Below, piece after piece: positions 1 through 9,517 of a stretch of 64,000 bases of DNA. The notes beneath the pieces are model-generated. The model saw only the letters and a list, made by a program, of their open reading frames with translations, did not search any database and was not told where the DNA came from. The first letter of the stretch is position 1. Each line of letters begins with the position of its first letter. Location: positions 736,001 through 800,000 of the forward strand of contig CAVTCS010000003.1 of the NCBI GenBank assembly GCA_963733295.1, written 5' to 3'. Source of the DNA: Vulcanimicrobiota bacterium (GTDB lineage Bacteria > Vulcanimicrobiota > Vulcanimicrobiia > Vulcanimicrobiales > Vulcanimicrobiaceae). The position numbers and the translations under genes were made by a program.

Positions 1-2
1 AA

Positions 3-290
3 CTCACCCTGTCCTCGACCGGAACGTCGAACGCAGGCTACGGCGGTTCGACACCGGTCGTTTCCTCGAACGGTCAGATGCCGGGGACCGGGATCGTCTG
101 GCTGGTGAAACGCGGGTCGGGCTCGCTGTCGTTAGAAGCGTACGATGCGAGCGACGTCAGTAACTTGCTCTTCCACGCCAACGCGGGCACGTGGTCAAAT
201 TCGGAGAATAACGGTTTCGTGACGCCGCTCGTCGCCAACGGCAAAGTCTACGTCCCGAGTTCAAACGCGATCACCGTGTTTGGGCTCTGA
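3..290 (+). CDS. C-terminal fragment of a secreted PQQ-like/beta-propeller repeat protein (5' partial)
   Basis: Frame open from the window edge; ends TPVVSSNG...GIVW...FVTPLVANGKVYV..VFGL, a typical C-terminus of PQQ-binding-like repeat proteins. Confidence 0.65.
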   Translation, partial: LTLSSTGTSNAGYGGSTPVVSSNGQMPGTGIVWLVKRGSGSLSLEAYDASDVSNLLFHANAGTWSNSENNGFVTPLVANGKVYVPSSNAITVFGL

Positions 291-302
291 GGGGAGCGAA
301 GA

Positions 303-638
303 ATGCGAATTCCGCACATCGCGATCGCCTGTATGCTGGCTATCCTCGTACCCGTAGCCGCTCCGGCGGCCGCTAACGAGGCGCTAAACACCGCTACCAT
401 GCAACAACTGCACGGCGTCGTCGTCGCCGTTTCGGGCGACGTGTTGACGCTGCGCTTGCGCAACGGGCAAAGCGAGAACGTCGACATTGGGCCGGCGAAA
501 GCCGCCCACCGCATCGGCGTGCTACCGAAAGGGCACGCAGTCGTCGTGTACGGAAACCGCGACGCCTCCGGGACGTTCCACGTCGAAGCGGTCGGGCACG
601 CCAGCGCGAGCGCGCAAAACTGGTCCCCCGACAGCTGA
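303..638 (+). CDS. Small secreted hypothetical protein, probable OB-fold (DUF5666-like)
   Basis: SD GGGGAG upstream; signal peptide; GxVxAV...V.V.G beta pattern. Confidence 0.6.
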   Translation: MRIPHIAIACMLAILVPVAAPAAANEALNTATMQQLHGVVVAVSGDVLTLRLRNGQSENVDIGPAKAAHRIGVLPKGHAVVVYGNRDASGTFHVEAVGHASASAQNWSPDS

Positions 639-640
639 CG

Positions 641-3394
641 CTACGTGGCCGGCGCTGCAGCGCTCGCTTCGAGCGCGAGCGCGACCGCCGCATCAGGTGA
701 AAGCGACTCACCTCGGGCCTTGAGACGTTGCCGCTCGTCTGAACCGAACCGTTCGTCGAGCATCGCGCGCAAGCGACGTTGCGTCGCATCGCGACGGGCG
801 AACTCGAAAGCCCTCGGACTTGGAAGAGCCGCCTCCGCATACGCTGCGAGCGCAGCTCCATCGCTCAGGTTTCCTTCGATAAGCAGCGTCAGCGCGAGTT
901 CTTCGATCGCCATGACCGTGGCACCCGAGCCTGGTTCGCGTGGGCCGAGCGCGTCGAGGGCCTCTCGCGACGCCGCCCGCGCGCCTGCGTCGTCCCCACT
1001 GATTCGGTAGCACGCCGCGAGCAGCGCAAGCGCCGGGCCGAGATAGAGTGGGCTTTGCTTGGCGCGCATACTTGGGAGCACTTCCTCGAGCACCGCGATC
1101 GCGTGAGGGACGTCGCGCTGGAACTCGGCGTCGGCGAGATTCAAGGCCATGCCCCAATTGTAGGTGTCTCCGAGCGCAGTGTGGCTGCGCCAAAGGCGCT
1201 CGTATTCGCGCGCCGCGACATCGACGTCACCGCGCCTGTTCGCGAGCACGGCCCGGTCGATCTCAAGACCAAGCCGATGCACTTCCGCCAGGCCGGGTAG
1301 CGCTTGCGCTTCGTCGAGCGCTCCCTCGGCCTCGCTGAAGCGACCGGTGCTCGAGGCCGCAGCCGCATAGGTGGCAAGTGTAGAACAGAGCGCGGGAGTA
1401 ACGTGACCTTCGCGTCGAGCGTAGGCAAGCGCGCGGCTGGCCGCCTCAAATTCCTCGTTGACATCGGCGTGGAAGCTGTGCAGCCGCGCAACGAGCATCC
1501 AGAGATGACGCAGCAACCCCGCTTCGCTCTCGGGGATCAGTTCGATGAACGCGTGAAGGCGGCGGAGGCCTTCGGGACCGAGACCGGATGCAACCCAAGC
1601 CTCGCCGATTTGGGTCAGCATCCGTGCCGCTTCGAGCACCCGCGCCGATCCGGCCGCGGAATCGAGCGCTGCGCGAACGTCTTCGAGCTCGGAGCCGAGC
1701 GCGTCGATCAGCTCGTCGTTGCGCATGGTCGCATCGAAGCGCGTGCGTGCCGCTGCGAAGTGCTCGCGCAGAAAGCGGAGCCTCCGCTCCTCGAGCATCT
1801 CGACCTCACCGGCTGCCGCGAGCTTTTCGCGCGCGTAGGCCCGCGTCGACTCGAGCATCCGGTAGCGCTGTTCTTCACCGGAGCGTTCGGAGAGGACGAG
1901 CGACTTGTCGACAAGCGAGGCGAGAACCTCGACCACGTCCGGCCCGTCGCTCGCCTCGGCGTCCGCGATCGTCGCGCCCTCGAGCGGAAACCCATCGACG
2001 AAGACGCTCAAACGCCGAAAGAGCGCTCGCTCCCGCTCGTCGAGCAAATCGTGGCTCCAGTCGATCAGCGCGCGCAACGTTTGCTGCCTCGGCAACGCGT
2101 CGCGGTTGCCGCCGGTGAGGACCCGGAAGCGTTCGTCGAGCCGCTCGCGGATTTGGCGTGGGCTCAAGATGGTCACACGCGCTGCGGCAAGTTCGATCGC
2201 GAGTGGAATTCCGTCCAGATGCCGGCAAATCTCGGCAACGATTGCTTCGTTGCCGCCGGTCAGACTGAAATGCTGGTCGACGGCCTTCGCGCGGTCGGCG
2301 AACAGCGCGATCGAGGCTTCGGCCGACAGCGAGGGCATGCGATAGACGATCTCGCCCGTCACGTTGAGCGGCTGACGGCTTGTCGCCAAGATCCGCACCT
2401 TGGGGCACACGCGGAGAATCGCGGCGCTCAGTCCGGCGATGCCCTCGAGGACGTGCTCGCAATTGTCGAGGACGAGCAACGCGTCCTTGGCTGCCAGGGC
2501 TTGCAGCAAGGTCTGCTGCGGATCGAGCCCAGACGCGAGCGTCAATTGGGCCGCTTGCGCGATCGTGGACGGCAGATACGCCGACTGCGCGATAGCTGCG
2601 AGTTCGACGAACCAGACGCCGTCGTGATAGCGCTCGACAACGTCGGCCGCGACCTGCAGCGCCGCGCGCGTCTTGCCGACGCCGCCCGAACCGGCTAACG
2701 TCACCAGCCTTTGCTCCCCCAGGAGCGCAGCGATTTCGGTCACCTCGGCGTCGCGACCGACGAAGGTCGTCAACCTGTTCGGTAAGTTGTTCGCCAGTAC
2801 GTCGAGCGATCGGAGTGGCGGAAACGCTTCGCTTAGCCCCGGGGCGACGAGTTGATAGACGATTTCGGGTTCGGCCAAATCCTTGAGCCGGTGGGTACCT
2901 AACTCAAGCAAACCGCTCTCGGGCGGCAGCAGCCCCTGCACGAGATTGCGTGCTGCGTTCGAGAGCAAGACCTGCCCACCGTGTCCGATCGCGAGCAAGC
3001 GCGCGACCCGATTCACGACCGGGCCGAAGTAGTCGCCGTCGCGCTCGTCGGCGCTGCCCGCGTGCAGCGCCATGCGCACCCGCACGCCGTCGACCGCCGA
3101 AAAATCTTCCTCAGCGAGCCGGTGCTGTGCGGCCAGGGCCGCTTCGAGCGCGTCGCCCGCGCGGGCGAACGCAACGCAGAAGGCGTCACCGATCGTCTTG
3201 AACACGAAGCCATCGTGCCCCGAAAAGACGGCGTACATGAGCTCATCGTGCCGGCGCAGCGCCGCGCGCATCGCTTCCCCCGCGCGCTCCCAACGCAGCG
3301 TGCTGCCCTCGATGTCGGTAAAGACGAAGGTGACGATGCCGCTCGGCCGCCCGGCCCCTGCCGGTACAGGCTCGGCCGCGCCGCTCGAGTTCAT
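641..3394 (-). CDS. Class III adenylate/guanylate cyclase - STAND-type ATPase - TPR protein
   Basis: FTDIEGST, KTIGDAF, DYFGPVVNRVARL cyclase motifs; Walker A GSGGVGKT; LVLDNCEH; LDGIPLAIELAAAR. Start set at MNSSG (ORF track extends to 3490). Confidence 0.9.
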   Translation of the reverse strand: MNSSGAAEPVPAGAGRPSGIVTFVFTDIEGSTLRWERAGEAMRAALRRHDELMYAVFSGHDGFVFKTIGDAFCVAFARAGDALEAALAAQHRLAEEDFSAVDGVRVRMALHAGSADERDGDYFGPVVNRVARLLAIGHGGQVLLSNAARNLVQGLLPPESGLLELGTHRLKDLAEPEIVYQLVAPGLSEAFPPLRSLDVLANNLPNRLTTFVGRDAEVTEIAALLGEQRLVTLAGSGGVGKTRAALQVAADVVERYHDGVWFVELAAIAQSAYLPSTIAQAAQLTLASGLDPQQTLLQALAAKDALLVLDNCEHVLEGIAGLSAAILRVCPKVRILATSRQPLNVTGEIVYRMPSLSAEASIALFADRAKAVDQHFSLTGGNEAIVAEICRHLDGIPLAIELAAARVTILSPRQIRERLDERFRVLTGGNRDALPRQQTLRALIDWSHDLLDERERALFRRLSVFVDGFPLEGATIADAEASDGPDVVEVLASLVDKSLVLSERSGEEQRYRMLESTRAYAREKLAAAGEVEMLEERRLRFLREHFAAARTRFDATMRNDELIDALGSELEDVRAALDSAAGSARVLEAARMLTQIGEAWVASGLGPEGLRRLHAFIELIPESEAGLLRHLWMLVARLHSFHADVNEEFEAASRALAYARREGHVTPALCSTLATYAAAASSTGRFSEAEGALDEAQALPGLAEVHRLGLEIDRAVLANRRGDVDVAAREYERLWRSHTALGDTYNWGMALNLADAEFQRDVPHAIAVLEEVLPSMRAKQSPLYLGPALALLAACYRISGDDAGARAASREALDALGPREPGSGATVMAIEELALTLLIEGNLSDGAALAAYAEAALPSPRAFEFARRDATQRRLRAMLDERFGSDERQRLKARGESLSPDAAVALALEASAAAPAT

Positions 3395-3526
3395 GCGCGG
3401 GCCTTCGCTAGCGGCCCCGCTCGAACCAGCCTCTTCGGCGCGAAAAGAAAATCGCGCGTGCGCTTTCCGTACGCTCTTCCATGCAGGCACGCGTGCGGTG
3501 ATATCCTGAAAAGAGAGAAAACGCCC

Positions 3527-3610
3527 GGGATGATGGTGGAACCGGCAGACACAGCAGACTTAAAATTTGCCGCTCGAAAGAGCATCCGAGTTCGAGTCTC
3601 GGTCATCCCA
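3527..3610 (+). tRNA. tRNA-Leu(TAA)
   Basis: Acceptor GGGATGA/TCATCCC, anticodon arm GCAGA-CTTAAAA-TTTGC, long variable arm, T-loop TTCGAGT, discriminator A; CCA not encoded. Confidence 0.9.
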
Positions 3611-3636
3611 AACCGAGGGTTACGGCTCTCCGCCGG

Positions 3637-3915
3637 CTAGCGGACGACGGTAACCAGACAGTAAAACAGCGAGCCGTACAGTCCGGCGATCAAGCTCAGC
3701 ACGAACGCGTCGATTCCGTTCAGCCGCCATCTGATGCGCTGACGCTTGTGCGAACGCGGCCACCGGGCGGGAAGCGGAGCCGGTGATTCCGCGCGGCCCT
3801 CGCACACGCTTGGAACGACGAATTCGGCGGCCGGACAAATCACCACCCACGAACGGCGGCGGTGGTCGCGCACCACACCGATCCTGGTAAAGTGACCGCG
3901 CATTCTCTCGCTCAT
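3637..3915 (-). CDS. Small hypothetical protein with C-terminal transmembrane helix
   Basis: SD-like AAGGGG upstream of ATG; hydrophobic C-terminus; fills the gap. Confidence 0.45.
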   Translation of the reverse strand: MSERMRGHFTRIGVVRDHRRRSWVVICPAAEFVVPSVCEGRAESPAPLPARWPRSHKRQRIRWRLNGIDAFVLSLIAGLYGSLFYCLVTVVR

Positions 3916-4019
3916 TGGCCCCTTGAACCTTTCGTCGCGAGTGCGGGAAGGTCCGCGAGACTGGGCCCACCAATTGCAGTGAGTTTGCCCTTACTCGCCG
4001 TCCTGGAGGCCGCCCCCGG

Positions 4020-4808
4020 GTGAAGATCGTCGTCACCGTTAAGCTCGTACCCGATACGAACGCCGACAAGCGTATCGATCCCGGGACCAAGCGACTCGTG
4101 CGGACCGGCGTGGAGACGGTGCTCAACCCCTTCGACGAGTACGCGCTCGAAGCGGCGCTCCAGCTCAAGGAGAAAACCGGGGGCGACAGCACCGTTACCG
4201 TCGTCGCGATGGCCCCGGAAGCTGGGAAAGAGGTCGTGCGCAAAGCGCTCGCGATGGGTGCCGACGACGCCGTCATGATCTCCGATGCAGGCTGCGAAGG
4301 CTCCGACGTCTGGGGTACCGCCTTCGCGCTCGCCGGAGCGATCAAGAAAACCGGCTTCGATCTTGTGCTCTGCGGGACGCAGTCGACCGACGCGATAACC
4401 GGTGAAGTGCCCGGTGCGCTCGCGGAGTATCTGGGAGTTCCCGGACTGACCTACGTGCGTAAGTTCGAGGTCGACGGCTCGATCTTGAAGGCCGAACGCG
4501 AGACGGACGACGGCTATCTGCGAGTGACGGTGCCGCTACCGGCGGTGGTCAGCGTCACCAAGTCGATCAACGAGCCGCGCTATCCGTCCCTCAAAGGCAT
4601 CATGGGAGCCAAGAAAAAGACGATCGCGATGTTGACGCTGGCCGACCTCGCCTTGGGCCGGCCGATCGGTAGCGACGGTGCGAAAACCGAGTTGACGGCA
4701 CTCGCCGAGCCGGCCCCGCGCGAAAAGGGTCGCGTGGTTCAAGCGGCCGACGGACCCGAGGGTGCGCGAATCATCCTCGACTTCTTGCGGGAGAAGAAGC
4801 TCGTCTGA
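4020..4808 (+). CDS. etfB: Electron transfer flavoprotein beta subunit
   Basis: MKIVVTVKLVPD, NPFDEYALE, ALAMGAD, INEPRYPSLKGIM; SD GGAGG. Confidence 0.97.
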   Translation: MKIVVTVKLVPDTNADKRIDPGTKRLVRTGVETVLNPFDEYALEAALQLKEKTGGDSTVTVVAMAPEAGKEVVRKALAMGADDAVMISDAGCEGSDVWGTAFALAGAIKKTGFDLVLCGTQSTDAITGEVPGALAEYLGVPGLTYVRKFEVDGSILKAERETDDGYLRVTVPLPAVVSVTKSINEPRYPSLKGIMGAKKKTIAMLTLADLALGRPIGSDGAKTELTALAEPAPREKGRVVQAADGPEGARIILDFLREKKLV

Positions 4809-5791
4809 TGCGCGACGTCATCGTCTACATCGAACATACCGGCGACAAAGCGCGTCGCGTCTCGCTGGAACTCGCGAGCAAGGCCAAGGAGTTCGCCGGC
4901 GCGCTCGGAGGCAAAGCCCACGCCGTCGTGCTCGGGGCCGGCGCCGAAGCGATCGCCGAGCAGCTCAAGGCCTACCCCCTCGACACGATCCACCTCGCGA
5001 CCGACCCGGACATCGATGCCTTTCTCGTCGACCCTCAAGTCGATTATCTCGAAGCGGTTGCCAAAGCGACTGGCCCCGCGCTTTTGCTCGTCCCGAACAC
5101 GATGCTAGGCCGTGACGTGGGCAGCCGCGTTGCTGCGCGACTCGAGGCCGGCTTGACCTCCGACGTCACCGACCTCGCGTTCGAAGGCGGCTCGGTCGGG
5201 TGCGTCTCACCCAAGCTGGGCGGCTTGACGATTACCACTTGCCGCTTCAAGAGCGATTACGGAGTGGCCGCGATCCGTCCGAACACGTTCAAAGCTCAGC
5301 AGCAGCCGGGTTCGGCGCAGATCGTGAAAATCGAGAAACCGGCCGGCAAATCTTACGCCATCCGCGTCGAGGAGGCCGTCGTCGAGGCCGCCGGAGAGCT
5401 CGGAGTTGAAGAAGCCTCGATCGTCGTCAGCGGCGGGCGCGGCGTTGGCGGCCCGGAACCCTTCAAGACGATTCTCAAGGATCTCGCCGACGCGTTAGGC
5501 GGTGCGGTCGGCGCTTCGCGCGCCGCGGTCGACGCCGGCTGGGTATCGCACGGTCACCAGGTTGGTCAGACAGGCAAAACGATCAGCCCTCAGCTGTACG
5601 TCGCCGTCGGTATTTCGGGCGCGATTCAGCACAAAGTTGGAATGAGAACGTCCAGTACCATCGTTGCCATAAACAAGGACGGCACGGTTCCGATCGGCGA
5701 CTTTGCCGATCTGGTCGTGGTCGGCGACCTCTTCCAAATCGTTCCCGAACTGACTCAAGCGATTCGCGCTAACGCCGCGGCGCATACATGA
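4808..5791 (+). CDS. etfA: Electron transfer flavoprotein alpha subunit
   Basis: VVSGGRG, GASRAAVDAGW, QVGQTGK, LYVAVGISGAIQH; TGATG coupling to etfB. Confidence 0.97.
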   Translation: MRDVIVYIEHTGDKARRVSLELASKAKEFAGALGGKAHAVVLGAGAEAIAEQLKAYPLDTIHLATDPDIDAFLVDPQVDYLEAVAKATGPALLLVPNTMLGRDVGSRVAARLEAGLTSDVTDLAFEGGSVGCVSPKLGGLTITTCRFKSDYGVAAIRPNTFKAQQQPGSAQIVKIEKPAGKSYAIRVEEAVVEAAGELGVEEASIVVSGGRGVGGPEPFKTILKDLADALGGAVGASRAAVDAGWVSHGHQVGQTGKTISPQLYVAVGISGAIQHKVGMRTSSTIVAINKDGTVPIGDFADLVVVGDLFQIVPELTQAIRANAAAHT

Positions 5792-5798
5792 TTGGATT

Positions 5799-7358
5799 TT
5801 GATTTTGAACCACCGTTTCACTCACGCACTCGCCGCAGCCACTCTCGCGCTTGCGGCCGCGTTCGCCGTTCAGCCGGGTGCACTCGCGGCTTCCAAAGGC
5901 ACGGCGGCACCCGCGACCCCGTCGCCGTCTCCCGCGCCGCTTCCGACCGCCTCGCCCGAGCCGCCCTCCGTCGCAATTCCGCGTCTCGAAAGCGTCATTC
6001 AAAAGAACCCGAACGACAAGGAGTCGATGGCCGATTTGGCGGGCTACTACCTCGCGGTAGGGCGCGCCCCACAGGCGCTCACGCTAACGCAGCGCCTTCT
6101 GACCTCCGGCGATAAGACCGCTCAAATCTACTATTTGGACGGCACCGCCAATCAGTCGCTGGGCCGCATCAAAGAAGCGACCGACGATTTCGAGAACGCT
6201 TCGAATCTCGAGCCGACCAACGCCACGATCTTGGTCACGCTGACCAACCTCTACTTGCAAACGAATCGTCCGGCCGATGCCGAGCGCGTGGCTAAACGAG
6301 CCACGACGTTCAACAAAGACGACGAGCGCGCGTGGATGAACTACGGTCTCGTCCTTGCAGAAGAGAAGAAGTACGACGACGCTCGCGTGCAGTTCGAGAC
6401 GGCCGCGAAGCTCGATCCGAAAGACCCTGGGCCGATCGTTCTCGAGGCGCGCAGTTACACCGCGCAGAACGCCGTGGCGCTGGGTCTTCAGGAATACGAT
6501 CGCGCCCTCGCGCTCAATCCGAAGTATCCCGACGCGTTGCTCGGGAAAGCGCGTCTCTACGCGATGCAACACGACGTCAAGAACTCGATTGCGACCTACG
6601 AGCAGTTGCTCGCGATCGTGCCGAACGACGACGAGAAAGCGAGCGTCGTGCTCGAAGAATTCGCGGTGTACCGCGCCGAAAAAATGGATTCCGACGCGAA
6701 CGCAACCATCAAACGCGCCGTCGACACGTGGCCGAAACTTCCGGGCCCGCACATCGTCTACGGCGACTACCTCAACGCCCAGAAGGATCAGGCCGGCGCG
6801 GCGCGCGAGTGGAACATCGCGCTTGGACCCAATCGGGATAACCCCGATGCGTTACAACGCCTTGCGGACCTCTCGCTCGTCCAGAACAAACCGCAGGACG
6901 CGGTCGGATACACCAAACGCTTGACCGAGATTTCGCCGAACGATCCCGGCGCGTGGCTGGCCTACGGTCAGACGTTGGCTTTCACTCGGCAGTGGCCGGC
7001 GGCGCGCGACGCGTTCCGCCACTCGTTCGAGGCGGCGCACACGCCGCAGGCGCTCGCCGGTATCGCGACGGCCGACTATCAGATGAAGAACTCGAAGGAA
7101 TGCGCGCAGATCTTCGACGCGATCGACAAGAACGTCCCGATTTTTCTCAAGCAGAACGCGCAGCTCTACTTCGTCATGGGCGATTGCTATCGCCAGAGCG
7201 GGCAGCGCGACAAGGCGAAATCCGCCTATCAGCGCTTACAGCCGTATTTGAAACCCGGCTCCCAGATCGCCAACGACGTTAAAAAAATCCTGGCCGATCT
7301 GAACGCGCCCGCCGCGACGGCCGCCAAGCCCAAACCGAGCGCTACGCCGAAGCGCTAA
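5799..7358 (+). CDS. Exported tetratricopeptide repeat protein
   Basis: Signal peptide, Pro-rich linker, many TPR units (A..LEP.N, ALALNP.Y). Confidence 0.9.
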   Translation: MILNHRFTHALAAATLALAAAFAVQPGALAASKGTAAPATPSPSPAPLPTASPEPPSVAIPRLESVIQKNPNDKESMADLAGYYLAVGRAPQALTLTQRLLTSGDKTAQIYYLDGTANQSLGRIKEATDDFENASNLEPTNATILVTLTNLYLQTNRPADAERVAKRATTFNKDDERAWMNYGLVLAEEKKYDDARVQFETAAKLDPKDPGPIVLEARSYTAQNAVALGLQEYDRALALNPKYPDALLGKARLYAMQHDVKNSIATYEQLLAIVPNDDEKASVVLEEFAVYRAEKMDSDANATIKRAVDTWPKLPGPHIVYGDYLNAQKDQAGAAREWNIALGPNRDNPDALQRLADLSLVQNKPQDAVGYTKRLTEISPNDPGAWLAYGQTLAFTRQWPAARDAFRHSFEAAHTPQALAGIATADYQMKNSKECAQIFDAIDKNVPIFLKQNAQLYFVMGDCYRQSGQRDKAKSAYQRLQPYLKPGSQIANDVKKILADLNAPAATAAKPKPSATPKR

Positions 7359-7371
7359 GCATAGTGTCCCC

Positions 7372-8382
7372 GTGATCGTCGTCTACGACGACCTCTGCCT
7401 GAAGCATCTACGGAACGTCGCGCATCCCGAATCCCCCGCTCGCGTCGCGGCCGTCGCCGCCCATCTCGAGTCGGCCGGCCTTATGGATCGGCGCTGCACT
7501 GCCCGCGATGCGACGGACGACGAGTTGCTGCTCGTTCACGAGCCGGCCTACCTCGAGCGAGTAAAACGCGACGTCGCGGAGGTGCGGCCGCAGGGTGGCT
7601 ACTTGTCGACGGGCGATACCGCGATCGACGATTCGTCGCTCGCGGTCGCGCGCCGCGCCGCGGGCGGAGCGCTCGTCGCGCTCGAGCGGGCCGTCGCCGA
7701 AAACTGCGCAGCTTTCGCGCTGATCAGGCCTCCGGGTCATCACGCCGAACCCGCGCGCGGGATGGGTTTCTGTCTTTTCGGCAGTGCGGCCATCGCAGCG
7801 CACGCATTCGTGCGCGAACACGGCGGGCGCGCGCTGATCGTCGATTTCGACTATCACCACGGCAACGGATCGCAGGCTGCCGCGCGTGACGGAGTCTCGT
7901 TCGTTTCGAGTCACGCGTTCCCGGCATATCCTGGAACGGGAGGCTCTTCCGAGAACGCGCTGCGTTCCGACGCCGCAGTCGTCAACGTGCCGTTGCGTCC
8001 GCACGGTTTCGGTACCGAGCCGTTCGTCGCGTTGTGGCAGCGCCTCTTGCCCGAGGTCGCGGCGGTCGTGCGCCCCGACGTCATCGTGGTGAGCGCCGGA
8101 TACGATTACGCCAGCGGCGATCCCGTCGGAGACCTCGGAGTCGACGGTCCTTTGGCGGCAGCAGAACTGGCGAGTTTGATTCGAGAGACCGCCGATACCT
8201 ACGCGCAGGGCAGGACCGTTTATTGTCTCGAGGGTGGTTACGATCCGCAAACGCTGGCGCGCTCGGTCGAAGCGACGCTGCGCGCGCACGATCGCGGAGC
8301 TTCGGGCGTCTCGGCGGAGTCGAGCGCGGTGCCGCTCGCGCAGCGCGCGATTCTCGAACAGGTCGCTTCGTGGCGCAACTGA
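7372..8382 (+). CDS. Zn-dependent histone deacetylase family protein (AcuC/AphA-like)
   Basis: HPESPAR, RPPGHHA, GFCLF, DFDYHHGNG, SAGYD...GDP, LEGGY. Confidence 0.95.
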   Translation: MIVVYDDLCLKHLRNVAHPESPARVAAVAAHLESAGLMDRRCTARDATDDELLLVHEPAYLERVKRDVAEVRPQGGYLSTGDTAIDDSSLAVARRAAGGALVALERAVAENCAAFALIRPPGHHAEPARGMGFCLFGSAAIAAHAFVREHGGRALIVDFDYHHGNGSQAAARDGVSFVSSHAFPAYPGTGGSSENALRSDAAVVNVPLRPHGFGTEPFVALWQRLLPEVAAVVRPDVIVVSAGYDYASGDPVGDLGVDGPLAAAELASLIRETADTYAQGRTVYCLEGGYDPQTLARSVEATLRAHDRGASGVSAESSAVPLAQRAILEQVASWRN

Positions 8383-8837
8383 TCTTCGTGCTGCGGGTGG
8401 GCGTCGGTGCGCTTTTGCTCGTGGCCGGCGTCTTGAAGGCGCACGATGGCTCGGCGGCTGTGGCGAGTTCGATTGCGGCCTATCGGTTGTTGCCTGGATC
8501 TGCCGTCGCGGTACTAGCCGTCTTCCTGCCCTATTTCGAGATCTTTCTCGGGGCGTACTTGCTCGCGGGACTGCTCACGCGGGTCGCGGGCTACGTCGCT
8601 GCCGCGCAATTCGTCGTTTTCGCCGCGGCCGTGGCGTCGCTCGTCATCCGGCGCATTCCAGCCGACTGCGGCTGCTTCGGCTCGGCAGCTCGAACGCCGC
8701 CCAGTTGGGGTCACGTCGCGCTCGACCTGCTGCTCGCCGCGGTCAGCGTGCTGATCGCGCGCCAAGGCCCCGGAATCTTCGCGGTCGACCGGCGCCTCGG
8801 CTTGGGCGGTTCCCGCCAAGCGCAGGCCGAAAGCTAA
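8370..8837 (+). CDS. MauE/DoxX family membrane protein
   Basis: Four TM segments, AGVLK, LPYFEIFLG, DCGCFG; GTG start at 8370 chosen. Confidence 0.85.
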   Translation: MAQLIFVLRVGVGALLLVAGVLKAHDGSAAVASSIAAYRLLPGSAVAVLAVFLPYFEIFLGAYLLAGLLTRVAGYVAAAQFVVFAAAVASLVIRRIPADCGCFGSAARTPPSWGHVALDLLLAAVSVLIARQGPGIFAVDRRLGLGGSRQAQAES

Positions 8838-8841
8838 GCGG

Positions 8842-9507
8842 ATGAATCGAGCCGAACGAAAAGGGACTCCATCTCAAGCTCAGCGGGCCGCGCAAAAGAA
8901 GCGTCAGCAAACGATTCTCTACGGTTCGCTCGGCGTCATAGCGATCGCCGCGATCGTCGCGGTTGCGCTCGCCTCGCGCGTGCCGAAGACCGCTTCGAAC
9001 GCGCCGACGTACGCACGCGTCGAGGTCGGCCAGCAGGCGCCTGACTTCTCCGTATTTGCGACGAGCGGTCCGTTCGTGCTCTCGAAGATAACCGACCGCC
9101 CCACTTTCCTCGAGCTCTTCGCGACTTGGTGCCCTCACTGTCAGCGAATGACCACCGTACTCGATGGGCTCTACGACAAATACAAGAACAGCGCCGCGTT
9201 TATCGCCGTCTCAGCGAGCGAATACGCCGCCGATCAGAGCCCCGAATCGCAAGCCGACGTTACCGATTTCATGAATAAGTTCAACGTTCGCTATCCGATC
9301 GCGTTCGACGCGAACCTCGACGTCGCAAAGAAGTATCTGCAAGGAGGCTTCCCGACCGTCGTGCTCATCGGGAAAGACGGCAAGGTTCTGGCGATCAACG
9401 ACGGCGAGATTCCGGCCAAGAATATTGCCGCCGCTCTCGACGCGGCGATCGCCGGAAAACCGGTCAAGGCGGACTTCGGAATCACGCGGCCGCCGGTCGG
9501 CGGTTAG
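8842..9507 (+). CDS. Membrane-anchored TlpA-family thiol:disulfide oxidoreductase
   Basis: APDF, ATWCPHC, cis-Pro motif GFPT; N-terminal TM. Confidence 0.9.
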   Translation: MNRAERKGTPSQAQRAAQKKRQQTILYGSLGVIAIAAIVAVALASRVPKTASNAPTYARVEVGQQAPDFSVFATSGPFVLSKITDRPTFLELFATWCPHCQRMTTVLDGLYDKYKNSAAFIAVSASEYAADQSPESQADVTDFMNKFNVRYPIAFDANLDVAKKYLQGGFPTVVLIGKDGKVLAINDGEIPAKNIAAALDAAIAGKPVKADFGITRPPVGG

Positions 9508-9517
9508 CCCGGAGCGG

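Noticed and set aside
1304..2698. Long alternative ORFs (also 13913-15238, 48400-49836, 50638-51858, 55998-57239)
   Set aside because: Antisense shadows of well-supported genes, typical of high-GC codon bias.
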